Below are positions 1-12,405 of a DNA stretch of 64,000 bases, one piece after another. Positions within the stretch are counted from its first letter, which is position 1. Each line of letters begins with the position of its first letter. Location: positions 32,922,001 through 32,986,000 of the forward strand of contig OX597825.1 in the NCBI GenBank assembly GCA_951406725.2. The letters run 5' to 3'. The notes beneath the pieces were generated by a model, which was not told where the DNA came from, searched no databases, and saw nothing but the letters and a program-made list of their open reading frames with translations. Source of the DNA: Octopus vulgaris. Its lineage: Eukaryota. A program made the position numbers and the translations under genes.

Positions 1-148
1 AACTGAAAAGGCAGAGAAATATAGCTGATATGATTCTCTACTCGTATTTCCATCTCCCTCTCTCCTTCATTTTTTGTGTATATATATATGAACACACACA
101 CACACACACAGATATATATTATATGTATGTATATACATATACATATAC

Positions 149-181
<33 letters not shown>

Positions 182-995
182 CACATACATACTTATGTCT
201 ACACTCATACATACTACATACATACATAGTATAATATATATTAATATATATCTATATTGATGTACTTTTTAAAAACGCAATAACAAGAATAATAATAATG
301 CTAATAAGGAGGAGGAGGAGGAGGAGGAGGAGGAGGAGGAGGAAGATGATGGAGTATTGTTAATAATAATTCCATGTGTTAAGCAACAAATGTCACAATA
401 ATGAAGACAATGACAAGAAGAACAAGGCGATATTAAAGGAAATGGAAAATGAGGTACAGGTGATAATTGGTTAAAGAAAGATCACAGTGTGTAGCTAGGG
501 ATTACCTTCAGATCAGCTGAAATTCAATCGATAATTTTGTCGCTTGGCAACCAGAAGAGAGTGTGTGTTTTTCAGACTAACACAATCCTGTTCATTCATT
601 CATTGACGAACGGCAACATAGAAATGAACAGAGAGAGAGAGAGAGAGACTCGCGCTTAGATGCTCGAATGCACAAACATAGGGCACGCGCAGACGCGTAC
701 GCACACGCACGCACACGCATGGAAACGAACACGGAGACATACGCTGGACACTTATAAACACTCACGTACACATACATACACGCACACACACTTATACACA
801 TGCCCGCGCAAACATATGTACGTATACATTCATTTCTGCCTATTTTTGTTTACACAACTATATATATATATATATATATAGATGTAGGTCCCGGGTTGAG
901 TCGGGGTTAACCACAGTAAATAAGGTACTCAATACCTTCCTGATGATTTCATTTGAATGAAACAGTTCTAGTCCTGTAGAAGCTCCTTCTATAAA

Positions 996-1032
<37 letters not shown>

Positions 1033-1033
<1 letters not shown>

Positions 1034-1238
1034 TCTTTTACTCTTTTACTTGTTTCAGTCATTTGACTGCGGCCATGCTGGAGCACCGCCTTTAGTCGAG
1101 CAAATCGACCCCGGGACTTATTCTTTGTAAGCCCAGTACTTATTCTATCGGTCTCTTTTTCCGAACTGCTAAGTGACGGGGACTTAAACACACCAGCATC
1201 GGTTGTCAAGCAATGCTAGGAGGACAAACACACACACA

Positions 1239-1290
<52 letters not shown>

Positions 1291-1448
1291 TATACATATA
1301 TATACATATATACGACAGGCTTCATTCAGTTTCCGTCTACCAAATCCACTCACAAGGCATTGGTCGGCCCGGGGCTATTGCAGAAGACACTTGGCCAAGA
1401 TGCCACGCAGTGGGACTGAACCCGGAACCATGTGGTTGGTTAGCAAGC
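1033..1448 (-). mobile_element. SINE family 1
   Basis: Reverse complement of the 37305-37690 sequence. Confidence 0.85.
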
Positions 1449-1562
1449 TATATATATATACATACATACATACATACATACACACATACATACATACATA
1501 CATACATACATACATACATACATACATACATACATACATACATACATACATACATACATACA

Positions 1563-1596
<34 letters not shown>

Positions 1597-1691
1597 CATT
1601 CATACATACATACATACATACATACATACATACATACATACATACATACATACATACATACATACATACATACATACATACATACACATAG

Positions 1692-2482
1692 ACAAGGTGC
1701 GGAGAATATATTGACGTCTAAATAACGTAAAACTGAAAAAAATAACAGATATATTTACCAAATTTACGTTAAAATCTTTAAAGAGTAAAATTTATTCAGT
1801 AAAATCGCCATTGGCTTCAACCAGGACCTCCAGACGATTTCAGAATCTCCTGCAACTCTACTGGACGGTTTTCTTGTTTAAGTTGGTGAATGTTGTCATA
1901 ATCCTTGCCTTCAGTTCATCTTTGGTGTTGCAAGGAGTTTTGTTGGTCTCTCGCTCAGCTGCTCCCCACACATAATAATTAAGGGGGTTGCAGTGTGGGG
2001 AGTCAGGTGGCCAGACGTGAGGGGTGGTGTGGTCGCAGAAATTATCTGACAGCCATGACTGTTTGTAAGCAGCACTACCTCCTCCAGGCACTTGATGTAG
2101 GGCCCCGTGTTGAGTGTGAGGTCGTGTGGAAAGATGAAAGGAGGCATAGCGTCGCCATCACTTGTGATCATTCCAAACACCATGATGATGACTGGATGTT
2201 TGATTTTAATCACTCTCGGTACATGTTCTCATATTGCACTTTCCTCAGATTGACATCCATACACTCTGCAGTGTTACTATTGGAGATTCCAAAACGAATG
2301 CCAAGCAGTACAGCAAGTCGTTTCCAAATTTCTAGCAGAGTGAATTGCGTCGTGGTGCGGTTTTTATCACAGACGGTACCCAACTGACCCTACTGTACTG
2401 TGTAGTCGACAAAATCAAAGACAATACTTTTCCTCGAAATCAAAAATATAAAATGGTAACAACTTACCCATCGCACCCTGTA
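1692..2482 (-). mobile_element. Decayed, internally deleted Tc1/mariner-superfamily transposon
   Basis: Frameshifted transposase pieces KHPVIIMVFGMITSDG..PPFIF and WPPDSPHCNPLNYYVWG..ELKARI; degenerate TIRs ca(a/g)ggtgcg. Confidence 0.85.
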
Positions 2483-2548
2483 TATGTATATGCATATATA
2501 TGTGTGTGTGTATATATATATATGTGTGTGTGTATATATATATGTGTA

Positions 2549-2589
<41 letters not shown>

Positions 2590-2693
2590 TTGGGTATGTA
2601 TGTATATATATTTACGTACATGTATGTACATATATACATAGCAGAAATAAATTTATAAATATGTAAATTCATATATGCAAATATGTTTACATT

Positions 2694-2811
<118 letters not shown>

Positions 2812-3612
2812 GTGTTGTACGTTTGTATGGTTTAGCAGGTAAGTATGCATATTATGGCCTTGTCTGTCATATCAATGCATTTATCTGGTGCCTTGCATCC
2901 AAGCGTTTACCGTATTTCTGTGTTTATGTACGATATTCTGAAAGGCCCACCCTTTCTCCTATGACGAATTATTTATCTTGAAGTGTTTTTCATGGCAGCT
3001 ATAACTGTATCCTCTCTACTGATTTTGATTAATGTTACATCAAAATTATTGGAAGTTTTACTCCACTACATCGCGCATGCACAGACATATATATATATAC
3101 ATACATACATACATACATACATACATACATACATACATACATACATACATGCATACTTAATACATACATACATACATACATACATACATACATACATACA
3201 TACATACATACATGCATACATACATACATGCATACATACATACATACATATATACCTACATACATACACACACACATACATACATACATACATACATACA
3301 TACATACATACATTCATACATACATATATACCTACATACATACATACATACATACATACATACATACATACATACATACATACATACATACATACATACA
3401 TACATACATACATACATACATACATACATGCATGCATACATACATACATACATACATACATACATGCATGCATGCATACATACATACATACACACACACA
3501 CACATACATACATACATACATACATACATACATACATACATACATACATACATACATACATACACACATACATACATACATACATACATACATACATGCT
3601 TACACGCATGCA

Positions 3613-3669
<57 letters not shown>

Positions 3670-4132
3670 ATACGAACATACATCCATCCAGGCATAATAT
3701 ATATTCCGGCGTTACTGTATATTGTTTCTTTAAAATGAATTGTTTTCTCTCGGGGTTTGAGTTTCATGTCAATCCGATCATCAGGTGAATGTTTGTTTGT
3801 TTGTTTGGTCTTTCTTTTCTCTTTCTGTTTTTGTTGTTTTTTTTTTTGTTTTTTTTAATTGGATATTTTTGCTTCAATCGTATTTCGTTCTCATTCTATC
3901 TATTATGTTGGAGTTGATTCCTTCTTTTGTGTATGGTTATCATTTTCATTGACCGATTATTCTTCCTCTCTCTCCTTTCACCCTCTCTCACTCACTCCTC
4001 TTCCACCCTCTCTCTATATACATTTATATGTATATATGTGTCCGCGTACGTGCGTGTGTGTGTGTGTATGAGTGTGTGCATGTTTGCACGTTTATCTATG
4101 TTTATATATGTATATATAAATTTATTTCTCTC

Positions 4133-4186
<54 letters not shown>

Positions 4187-4245
4187 CAAACATATATGTA
4201 TGTACGTGAGTGTGTGTGTGTTTGTGTGTGTGTATGTGTGTATGT

Positions 4246-4313
<68 letters not shown>

Positions 4314-4542
4314 AATCTATATCTGTCTATATTCAACCACGTCGCTCTTGGTTGGATGAATGAATGTCTAAAGTTAAATTTGTTTCGGCGTTTCTTTTTG
4401 TTAGTGTTTTCTAACAGGTAAAAATGTTTTCAGATGTTCAGTTGGAATTTCCCCAATTTGGAATACCTTGATAATGTTGTGTTGAAACAAATTTTCGTAG
4501 ATATTATTACTAATTTTAATAATATTGTGTGTGTGTGTGTGT

Positions 4543-4581
<39 letters not shown>

Positions 4582-5000
4582 GTGTGTGCATGTGTGAAAA
4601 CATGTATATATGTGTATGTGTGTGTGAATATATGTATATGTGTCTCTGTGTGTGTGTGCGTGTGTGTGTATGTTAATGCAATTGAAACAATTGTTGGATT
4701 TTTGATGTGTGATCTAAAATAAAGATATAATTTTCTTCGTGCATATTACTGGTTGTCGTTATATATATATATATATATATATATACTATTTTTAAAAAGT
4801 GTACATTTTAACACAAGAGAAAATTACCTTTAAACAGGTAATTTTTACATGCTAGAAATAGCAGCCAACACAGTCAAAACCACGATTTCAGAGCAACTTT
4901 CGAAGGGATTGAAAAATAAAAACTTTTACCTTGTTATTTATTATCGTTTATACCATGGTTTTGAAATTTCTTTAGCAAACAATATCTTATGTATATATAC

Positions 5001-5036
<36 letters not shown>

Positions 5037-5224
5037 ATATATATATATAAGAATACAAAAAATGGGACAAGAACGCAACAACAAAACATCCAGACAGAGG
5101 ATACAAAAAGGGACAAGAAAAAGCAAGTACGGCTCATTCGGAGTTTTCTGTCCTCAGTCTAATTCCAGATCAATATGTTTGGCCCAGTAGAATTTATGTT
5201 TTCGATATTCTGCGATCGCATCAA

Positions 5225-5535
5225 TGACTCTCCCTAATACAGTTTCTAACATGAATCTTTCCTTGACCCTTTGCATATTAGTCAGTCGATTTTCTTTCTT
5301 CGCAGTAGCCAACGTCTGACTTGCACTTAAAAGCGCAGGTTGGACTGTACTATAGAAGTGTCTGGCTTGTCTTGTTCAGTTTTGCTTTGAGAACATCCTC
5401 TATTGAGGTAAACGCCTTCCATCCTACCCTTATTCTCTTCCAGATTTCAGCATCCATGTCTCAGTACATGTTCTCTGTCTGCCCTGAATAGGTATACTCC
5501 TTTACCCACTCAATTCTATCGCTTCTCACCTCTAT
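5225..5535 (-). mobile_element. RTE-clade LINE fragment (RT C-terminal region)
   Basis: Minus-strand translation IEWVKEYTYSGQ..EIWKRIRVGWKAF..QPALL..QRVKERFML. Confidence 0.7.
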
Positions 5536-5613
5536 TTACCGTTAATCACGTGTATGCGTGTGTAACCCGATATAACACACACACATATATATATAAGTAT
5601 CTGTATGTATGTT

Positions 5614-5649
<36 letters not shown>

Positions 5650-6337
5650 TAAGGGTGGAGAGAAAGAGAGAGCAGGTGGTGGATCAAGTGTAAAATTAGT
5701 GTTCTTTGTAGTAATGTGGGTGTCTAATAACTTTATTTACAGAGCACTGTAGTGCGTGATCATACGTGGTGATGATGGAGGTGTTGTTGGTGGTGGTGGT
5801 GGTAGCAACAGCAGGAAAGAACGAAATGACTAATTAGACTAGCATTTAACATATGTAATATCGTGAGTTTAAAAAATACCTTCAAATAACTGAAACATGT
5901 CATTAGCAAACAAATCTTCATTAGGAGTTGTTTAAAAATCTGGAAAAAAAGAAATTCACGGAAAATAACTCAAGAACTCAAATAACTTTGTCCATGACTG
6001 AAACAAATAAAAGATGAGAATGGTCATTGTCTTTAAATCCAACTATTATGCTGTACTTATATATATATATATATATGTGATACGACTGATATGCGTTCGA
6101 GTCCGAGGGGCAGCATTCATCTTCAATCCAAAGAATTTTTTTATAACCCACTATTTTTTATAGCTTTACTTGCTTCTAGTTTGAAGTATACTTCTCAACC
6201 TCATGGTTCCTAGTTCAATCTCACTGCGTGACATTATCAATAAGTATCTTCTTCAATAGCCTCGGGGGCCAACCAAAGCTATGTGAGTAGATTGACAGGC
6301 GGAAACTGAAAGAAGCCCATTGCATCTATATATATAT

Positions 6338-6472
6338 TTCCTCGTGTTCCTTTCTGATGAAGAGCGTAGGCTCGAAACGTAAAAGACTTTCTCACCTTCC
6401 CGAGCGTCAAAGTAATACACCTGCTTCTTTGTACACCTGCCTTCGTCTTTTGTTTTTCTGTAAATTTCAACT
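6338..6472 (+). mobile_element. Short hammerhead-bearing non-coding element; relatives at ~10060-10170 (-), 24670-24764 (-) and 41785-41882 (+)
   Basis: Shared tail AAAGAC..GAGCGT.A.A.TAATACA.CTG.TT..TGTACACC..CTTCGTCTTTTG; copies lie in or beside TA or TG microsatellites. Confidence 0.7.
6350..6385 (+). ncRNA. Minimal type-I hammerhead ribozyme with intact core (Penelope-like architecture)
   Basis: CTTT-CTGATGA-A-GAGC-gtag-GCTC-GAAAC-GTA-AAAG: stem I CTTT/AAAG, stem II GAGC/GCTC, palindromic ACGT stem III, GUA cleavage triplet. Confidence 0.8.
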
Positions 6473-6795
6473 ATACATATTCTTTTATTCTTTTATTTGT
6501 TTCAGTCATTTGACTGCGACCATGCTGGAGCACCAACTTTAATCGAACAAATCGACCCCAAGACTTATTCTTTGTAAGCTATATATTTGTAAGTGTGTAT
6601 GGAGGGAGACACAGGCACACACACACACACACACACACACACCGCCTGTCAATAAAAAAATAAGTCCTGGGCTCGATTTGTTGGACTAAAATTCTTCAAG
6701 GTTGTGCCCCAGCATGGCCGCAGTCTAATGGCTGAAACAAGTAAAAGATAAGAGATTAAATATATATATACATACATACATACATGCATACATAC

Positions 6796-6860
<65 letters not shown>

Positions 6861-6865
6861 TATAC

Positions 6866-6919
<54 letters not shown>

Positions 6920-7011
6920 CAAAATATTAAGTTATACCTTGAGATCGTTAGTGACAACAACGCTCAAGATATATAACAGAATGGAATAGTAGTGCTCAAA
7001 TGAGCTGTATA

Positions 7012-7332
7012 CACTTTTTTTAATCCGAGGGGAGGCAATGCGAGCAGCAACTAAAGGAACATTACAAAATCCACAGAAACTTCAAACAAATACATATATT
7101 CATATATTCATTTATATCTACAGAACAGATATAAAGCCCGACGTTTAAAATTTTAAAAATTTAGTAATATATAAATATATCATATAAGAATATATAAATA
7201 TACAAGAGAATCAAAGTTGCATATATAACACCTTGAATATATGAATATATGTATGTGTTTGATCTTTCTGTGGATTTTGTTATGTTCCTTTAGTTGCTGC
7301 ACGCATTGCCTCCCCTCGGATTAAAAAAAGTA
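7012..7332. mobile_element. MITE-like element with ~95-bp terminal inverted repeats
   Basis: acttttttt-aatccgaggggaggcaatgcg.. (7012-7108) pairs with ..cgcattgcctcccctcggatt-aaaaaaagt (7234-7332); AT-rich core. Confidence 0.8.
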
Positions 7333-7646
7333 TATATATACACACACACACACACATCTACAACAGTACTTTTGCCTCAGTTGTAGTTTATGTCGTAGTT
7401 TTAGTGGTAAACCAACTTGAGCACTTATTAGATATACTTGTTACACTACGTCATTGGACGCAATTGTACGTTTTCTCTCTACGTACACACATATATGTAT
7501 ACATACATACGTACGTACGTATATACATACATACAGTCATCCTCGCCGTCAAATGAGGGTATATGCTGTGCAACTTCTCTCGCCTTGCATTGATACATTA
7601 AATATTTTAATATATTAATGTAAAAAGGTAAAACCGGAAGATTTAC

Positions 7647-7697
7647 GTACATTACCTAATGAGCCAAGTGATGGCGAAACTTGAAGTTGTAATGCAC
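7647..7697 (+). ncRNA. Type-I hammerhead fold with G5A core variant
   Basis: CATTAC-CTAATGA-GCCA-agtga-TGGC-GAAA-CTT-g-AAG-TT-GTAATG: all three stems pair; core is CUAAUGA instead of CUGAUGA. Confidence 0.75.
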
Positions 7698-8395
7698 ACG
7701 ATCTTAATTGTCATTTGTTAATTATGTCACATCCTCTAGAGGCATTCGACTGAAACCCTCTTAAACTCTCTGGCGTTCTCTAAATAATTTATCAATCGGA
7801 TACCCAGATCGATTCAACAAATGGTTTTGTAGTCTAGTTTGAAAGTAGAGAATCGAAATTTTTGTTGAACAATTAAGAGAAGATGCCACAACAACAGTTC
7901 ACCTACAAACATACATACATACACACACACCTACACACATATAGACAGATGGATAGATATAATTCTTTTTAGAGTTGTGTATCTCGAACCAGACACATAA
8001 AACTACAAATAATAGCTTATAAATATTTACAGGCTGTTGTTTATAGCTTTAGGTATACTTTGAGATACACAAGTCCAAAAAAAAAAACCGAATTATTTCA
8101 TGTTCTCTTAAAAGTTTATAAAATTCTTAGTTTGTCTTGTTTGTTTTTGTCCTTGTATATGTTCTTTAGCTACTCCCAGTAGCTTTCTGCTCTGGCGCTG
8201 CTAAGACGGAGTTGTATCAATGTTAACAGCGAAACCACTATGTTTCCTGGATATTGACTGATGAGGAATCGAGTGTGAAATTTTTCGTGTACTATGCTGT
8301 TGTTTAATTTTCCGTTTGTTATGGATTTGTTAAATTTTTCCGTTTGTTGTTATTTTTATACAATCCTTGAAATATCTAGGGAACTTATATTTGTA

Positions 8396-8480
<85 letters not shown>

Positions 8481-8529
8481 GATGCATGCATGTATTATTT
8501 ATGTGTGTATATGCATAGACATATGTATA

Positions 8530-8737
8530 TTCTTCTATTTGTTTCAATCATTTGACTGCGGCCATGCTGGAACACCGCCTTTTAGCCGAAAAAATCGATT
8601 CCTGGACTTATTCTTTGTAAGCATGGTACTTATTCTATCGGACTCATTTGCCGAACCGCTAGCTCACGGAGATGTAAACACACCAACATCGGTTTGTCAG
8701 GCGATGGTGGTGGGCAGAACAAACACAGACACAAAAG

Positions 8738-8809
<72 letters not shown>

Positions 8810-8960
8810 CTTACGACGGGCTTCTTTCAGTTTCTGTCAGCCAAATACAAGGCTTTGGTCGGCCCGAGGCTATAGTAGAAGACACTTGCCCAAGGTGCCA
8901 CGCACTGGGACTGAACCTGGAACCATGCGGTTGGGAAGCAAGCTTCTAACCACACAGCTA
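8530..8960 (-). mobile_element. SINE family 1
   Basis: Same consensus. Further partial copies near 6190, 6480, 6655, 9815, 12230, 17425, 20800, 27375, 34270-34850, 38790, 41365, 59360 and 60830. Confidence 0.85.
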
Positions 8961-9985
8961 TGTACGTGTGTATATGTGCGTGTGTGCGCGTGTGTGCGTG
9001 CGCACGCGCGCGTGTGTATTATAAAGAAACGAAACACATATATACACGCAAGCAGACAGAGACACTAATGGATAGATAGATAGATAGATAGAGATTTTGG
9101 CGTGGGCACCGTAGAGCAAAATATAAAATCGTTGACGATAAGTTAGAAATGAAATTTCAAGTCAACATTTCGACCGATTCTCTTTTCTTTCTTGCCATCT
9201 GTATAATTGTGGAGAATAAAGCACGAAGATATGCGGATGTACATGAGGGTGTGAGTTATCCTCAGATCAGAGATGAATAAGTTCGTTTGAGGTTAATACA
9301 GGACGTAATGAAATGAAGGTTTTACGGCTTAATCTTGGCGTAATATATTATTGGCGGAAATTTGGTGTAATCTTGCCAACTTGCATTAGGAAAGTCTAAG
9401 AGAATGGATGTTATATATACTAGCAATTTATTAGGAGAAGAGATAAAGCTAATTGAAAAGAAGAGAATGCTAGTCACATAGCTAATAACCACAGGATGGT
9501 GTTTATATAAGTAACATTATCTATGTATGTACGAACTCAATACAGAATATCGAAATCTCTTTCCTTGAGGCCCAGGAAAAGTTGTCTGTTATTGTTATAA
9601 ATGAATAAGCAGTAAGAGTGAAAAGAAATTTGAATATTTTTACTGCAACTGTTGCAAGACAATATCGAGCCACAGACAACAGAACTCTCTCCAGCACTCT
9701 TCAATACATACCAACACATATACTCGCACGCGGCCATACACACACGTACACACACACACGTACGTAAATATAAAGGCACAGTTCACACACATACATAAAT
9801 GTAAAGACACAGCTATAACTGTATGGTCAGGCGTTTGCTTGCCATCTGCATTATTTTGGGTTCAATTTCCCTGTATGGAACCTTGGTCAAGGGTCCGCTA
9901 CTAAAGCCGCGGGCTTATCAATGTCTTGTGAGTGGATTTGGGAGGCGGAAACTGAAAGAAACCCATCAGTACGTCTATATATATG

Positions 9986-10034
<49 letters not shown>

Positions 10035-10797
10035 CTCAAAAGAAAAAAAAAAGATAAGCACAAAGACGAGGTGAAAGAACATTAAACAGTGTGTATTCGA
10101 TTATCGAGCAGGTAAAATGGAAAATGTTTTTAACTTTTCGAACCTACACTCTTTTACAGAAAGGATAGATGAGGAGAGAGAAAAAAAAAGATGCAGAAAA
10201 AAAAAGCGTGTCTGAATTATACAGTCATGGTATGCTTACCAAGCTAGTGATTTGATCTGAGATTATGTCGAAACTGAAACGACTGCAGTATATTCGCGTG
10301 GATCAATATTTATATCTACACAGAAACTGAAACAACTATCTTGAATTGCTTTCTTGAACCTCAATACGGAGAAACTGAGAGGATATTCAATAAATCGAGG
10401 CAATAGTTCAAAGTAAAATGTCGAAGTGTTGTTCGCATTCACTGTAAACTTCCTGAGGCAGTGGAACCAGCTGGTGTTATTTGAATGTCTGTAATCTAAA
10501 GAAACACTGCACCTGTTGCTTCCAACACTGAACTCTACTTTAATCCACGGTGCCTGCTGCACTGGTCTATTATTGTTTGATAGTGGATCAGTTGATCAAT
10601 CATCGGTCTGCATGCTTCCTACCATCTGTTCTTGCTCAACAGCGATATATTCTCTATATATATACGAGAGATGTGTGGGTGTGAGTGTGTGCGCTGTTGT
10701 ATGTCTGTCTGTCTATCTATCTATCTATCTATCTACCACTCTATCAATAAAATGTGTATGTATATATGTATGTATGTATGTATGTGTGTGTGTTCGT

Positions 10798-10839
<42 letters not shown>

Positions 10840-11145
10840 CAAATGTGTGGGTCAGTGTGCATGCGTGTGAACTGTGTGCTTACTTGGTTACACGTATGCA
10901 AAGATTTTATATACGTACATATATATAGAGGGAAAGGGGGAGAGGAAGGTAGGGAGGGAGAACAAGAGAGAGGGGGAGAAAGAGAGCTAAAAGAATTAAC
11001 GAAAGAGAAATATCACCAACAATATGAACTTTTTCAAAAAGTTTTCTCTGCAATTAATTTTTCCATTTCCCCCATCCTCCTCCAAGAAAAGGAGAGAAAT
11101 CTTATACTTTGTAAGTAGATATTTACCCTCTTATCCCGTCCCTCC

Positions 11146-11187
<42 letters not shown>

Positions 11188-11339
11188 TCTCTGTTTCGCA
11201 TTTCTCTTTCTTCTTTCTTTGTCTCTTCTCTCTCTTCTTTCTTTCTCTCTTCGCTCTCTTCTTTCTCTCTCTCATTCTTTCTTTTAATCACTTTTCTCTT
11301 TTCTTTCTCGCTTTCAATCTCTCTCCCTCTCTCCCTCTC

Positions 11340-11379
<40 letters not shown>

Positions 11380-12324
11380 GTTTCCTTCCTCATACACTAC
11401 TCTTACGTTTGATCATCCTTCAAAAACTAAACACAGCCGCCGTAAGATGGCCGCGGTAGAAATATACGAGAAGGAACAGAATCAGAGATATTGAAAAGAG
11501 AAGTTTCTCTTTGAAAATGTGCAGTAACGGAAACGAACAGATAAAGAGAAAGAAGAGAGAAGTAATACCACCGTCTATAGTAACTTTTTTTTTTATATAG
11601 GAATATTACTGTACGTTTAATCTATATTAACCTAGCGGCTGCTACTTTGGATTCGCCAACTCTTTCCTAGTGAACAACTTCTAAGTACATATTTATAGTA
11701 TTACCTATATACCATCACCACTGCTGCATCCAACAACAACACCCGCAACGTTTTTTTTATTTATTTTCGTTTTAAAAAATTGAACCGTCCTCCATTTTCC
11801 CATCGCCTGATTTTTCTATTTCTTTTTGTCTCAACCTATTATGTCAATTGTTTTATCTTTGCTACCCACAACTATGAACTGCTTCGGGGTCTCTAATTTG
11901 TTCAGTAGCTCATCAAAGAAAGAGAGAAGTCTATAAACGTAACAGTGAAATTATTTTTATATCGAAAACTTCGAAAACACGAGTTGCATTTGAAAGGCTT
12001 AAAAAGCTAAGGGAGATAATTCCCGTAGACCACTGCACTCAGGTACAAGGACAAGAAGGGAGTGAAGTGTCGTGACTAATGCTCGAAGAGTCGTTGATGT
12101 TTGATGCAAGTAACTAGTCGTTATGAGACGATGACGTACCTTGATACGAACGAAAGGGATGGCTGTGAAATTTACACCTTACCTTTGCAATCATATGCTT
12201 TCAGTTTCGATGTTACTTCGTGGAATCGTATTCTATCGGTCTCTGATGAGTTAAGCAGACGTAAACAGACCAAACACTGGTTGCCAGGCGTAGTTTGGGG
12301 CAAACACAAACAGGAACACACACA

Positions 12325-12367
<43 letters not shown>

Positions 12368-12372
12368 CACAC

Positions 12373-12405
<33 letters not shown>

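Noticed and set aside
935-975. CTGATGA..TTCA/TGAA..GAAAC hammerhead-like string
   Set aside because: Stem I does not pair and the stem II closing pair is T-T; at best a decayed copy.
11430-11460. GCCGCCGTAAGATGGCCGCGG, YY1-like promoter motif
   Set aside because: A single short motif with no linked exon I could identify.
12238-12272. GGTCT-CTGATGA..GTAAAC-AGACC
   Set aside because: Lies in a decayed family-1 SINE body and lacks GAAA, stem III and NUH; likely chance.
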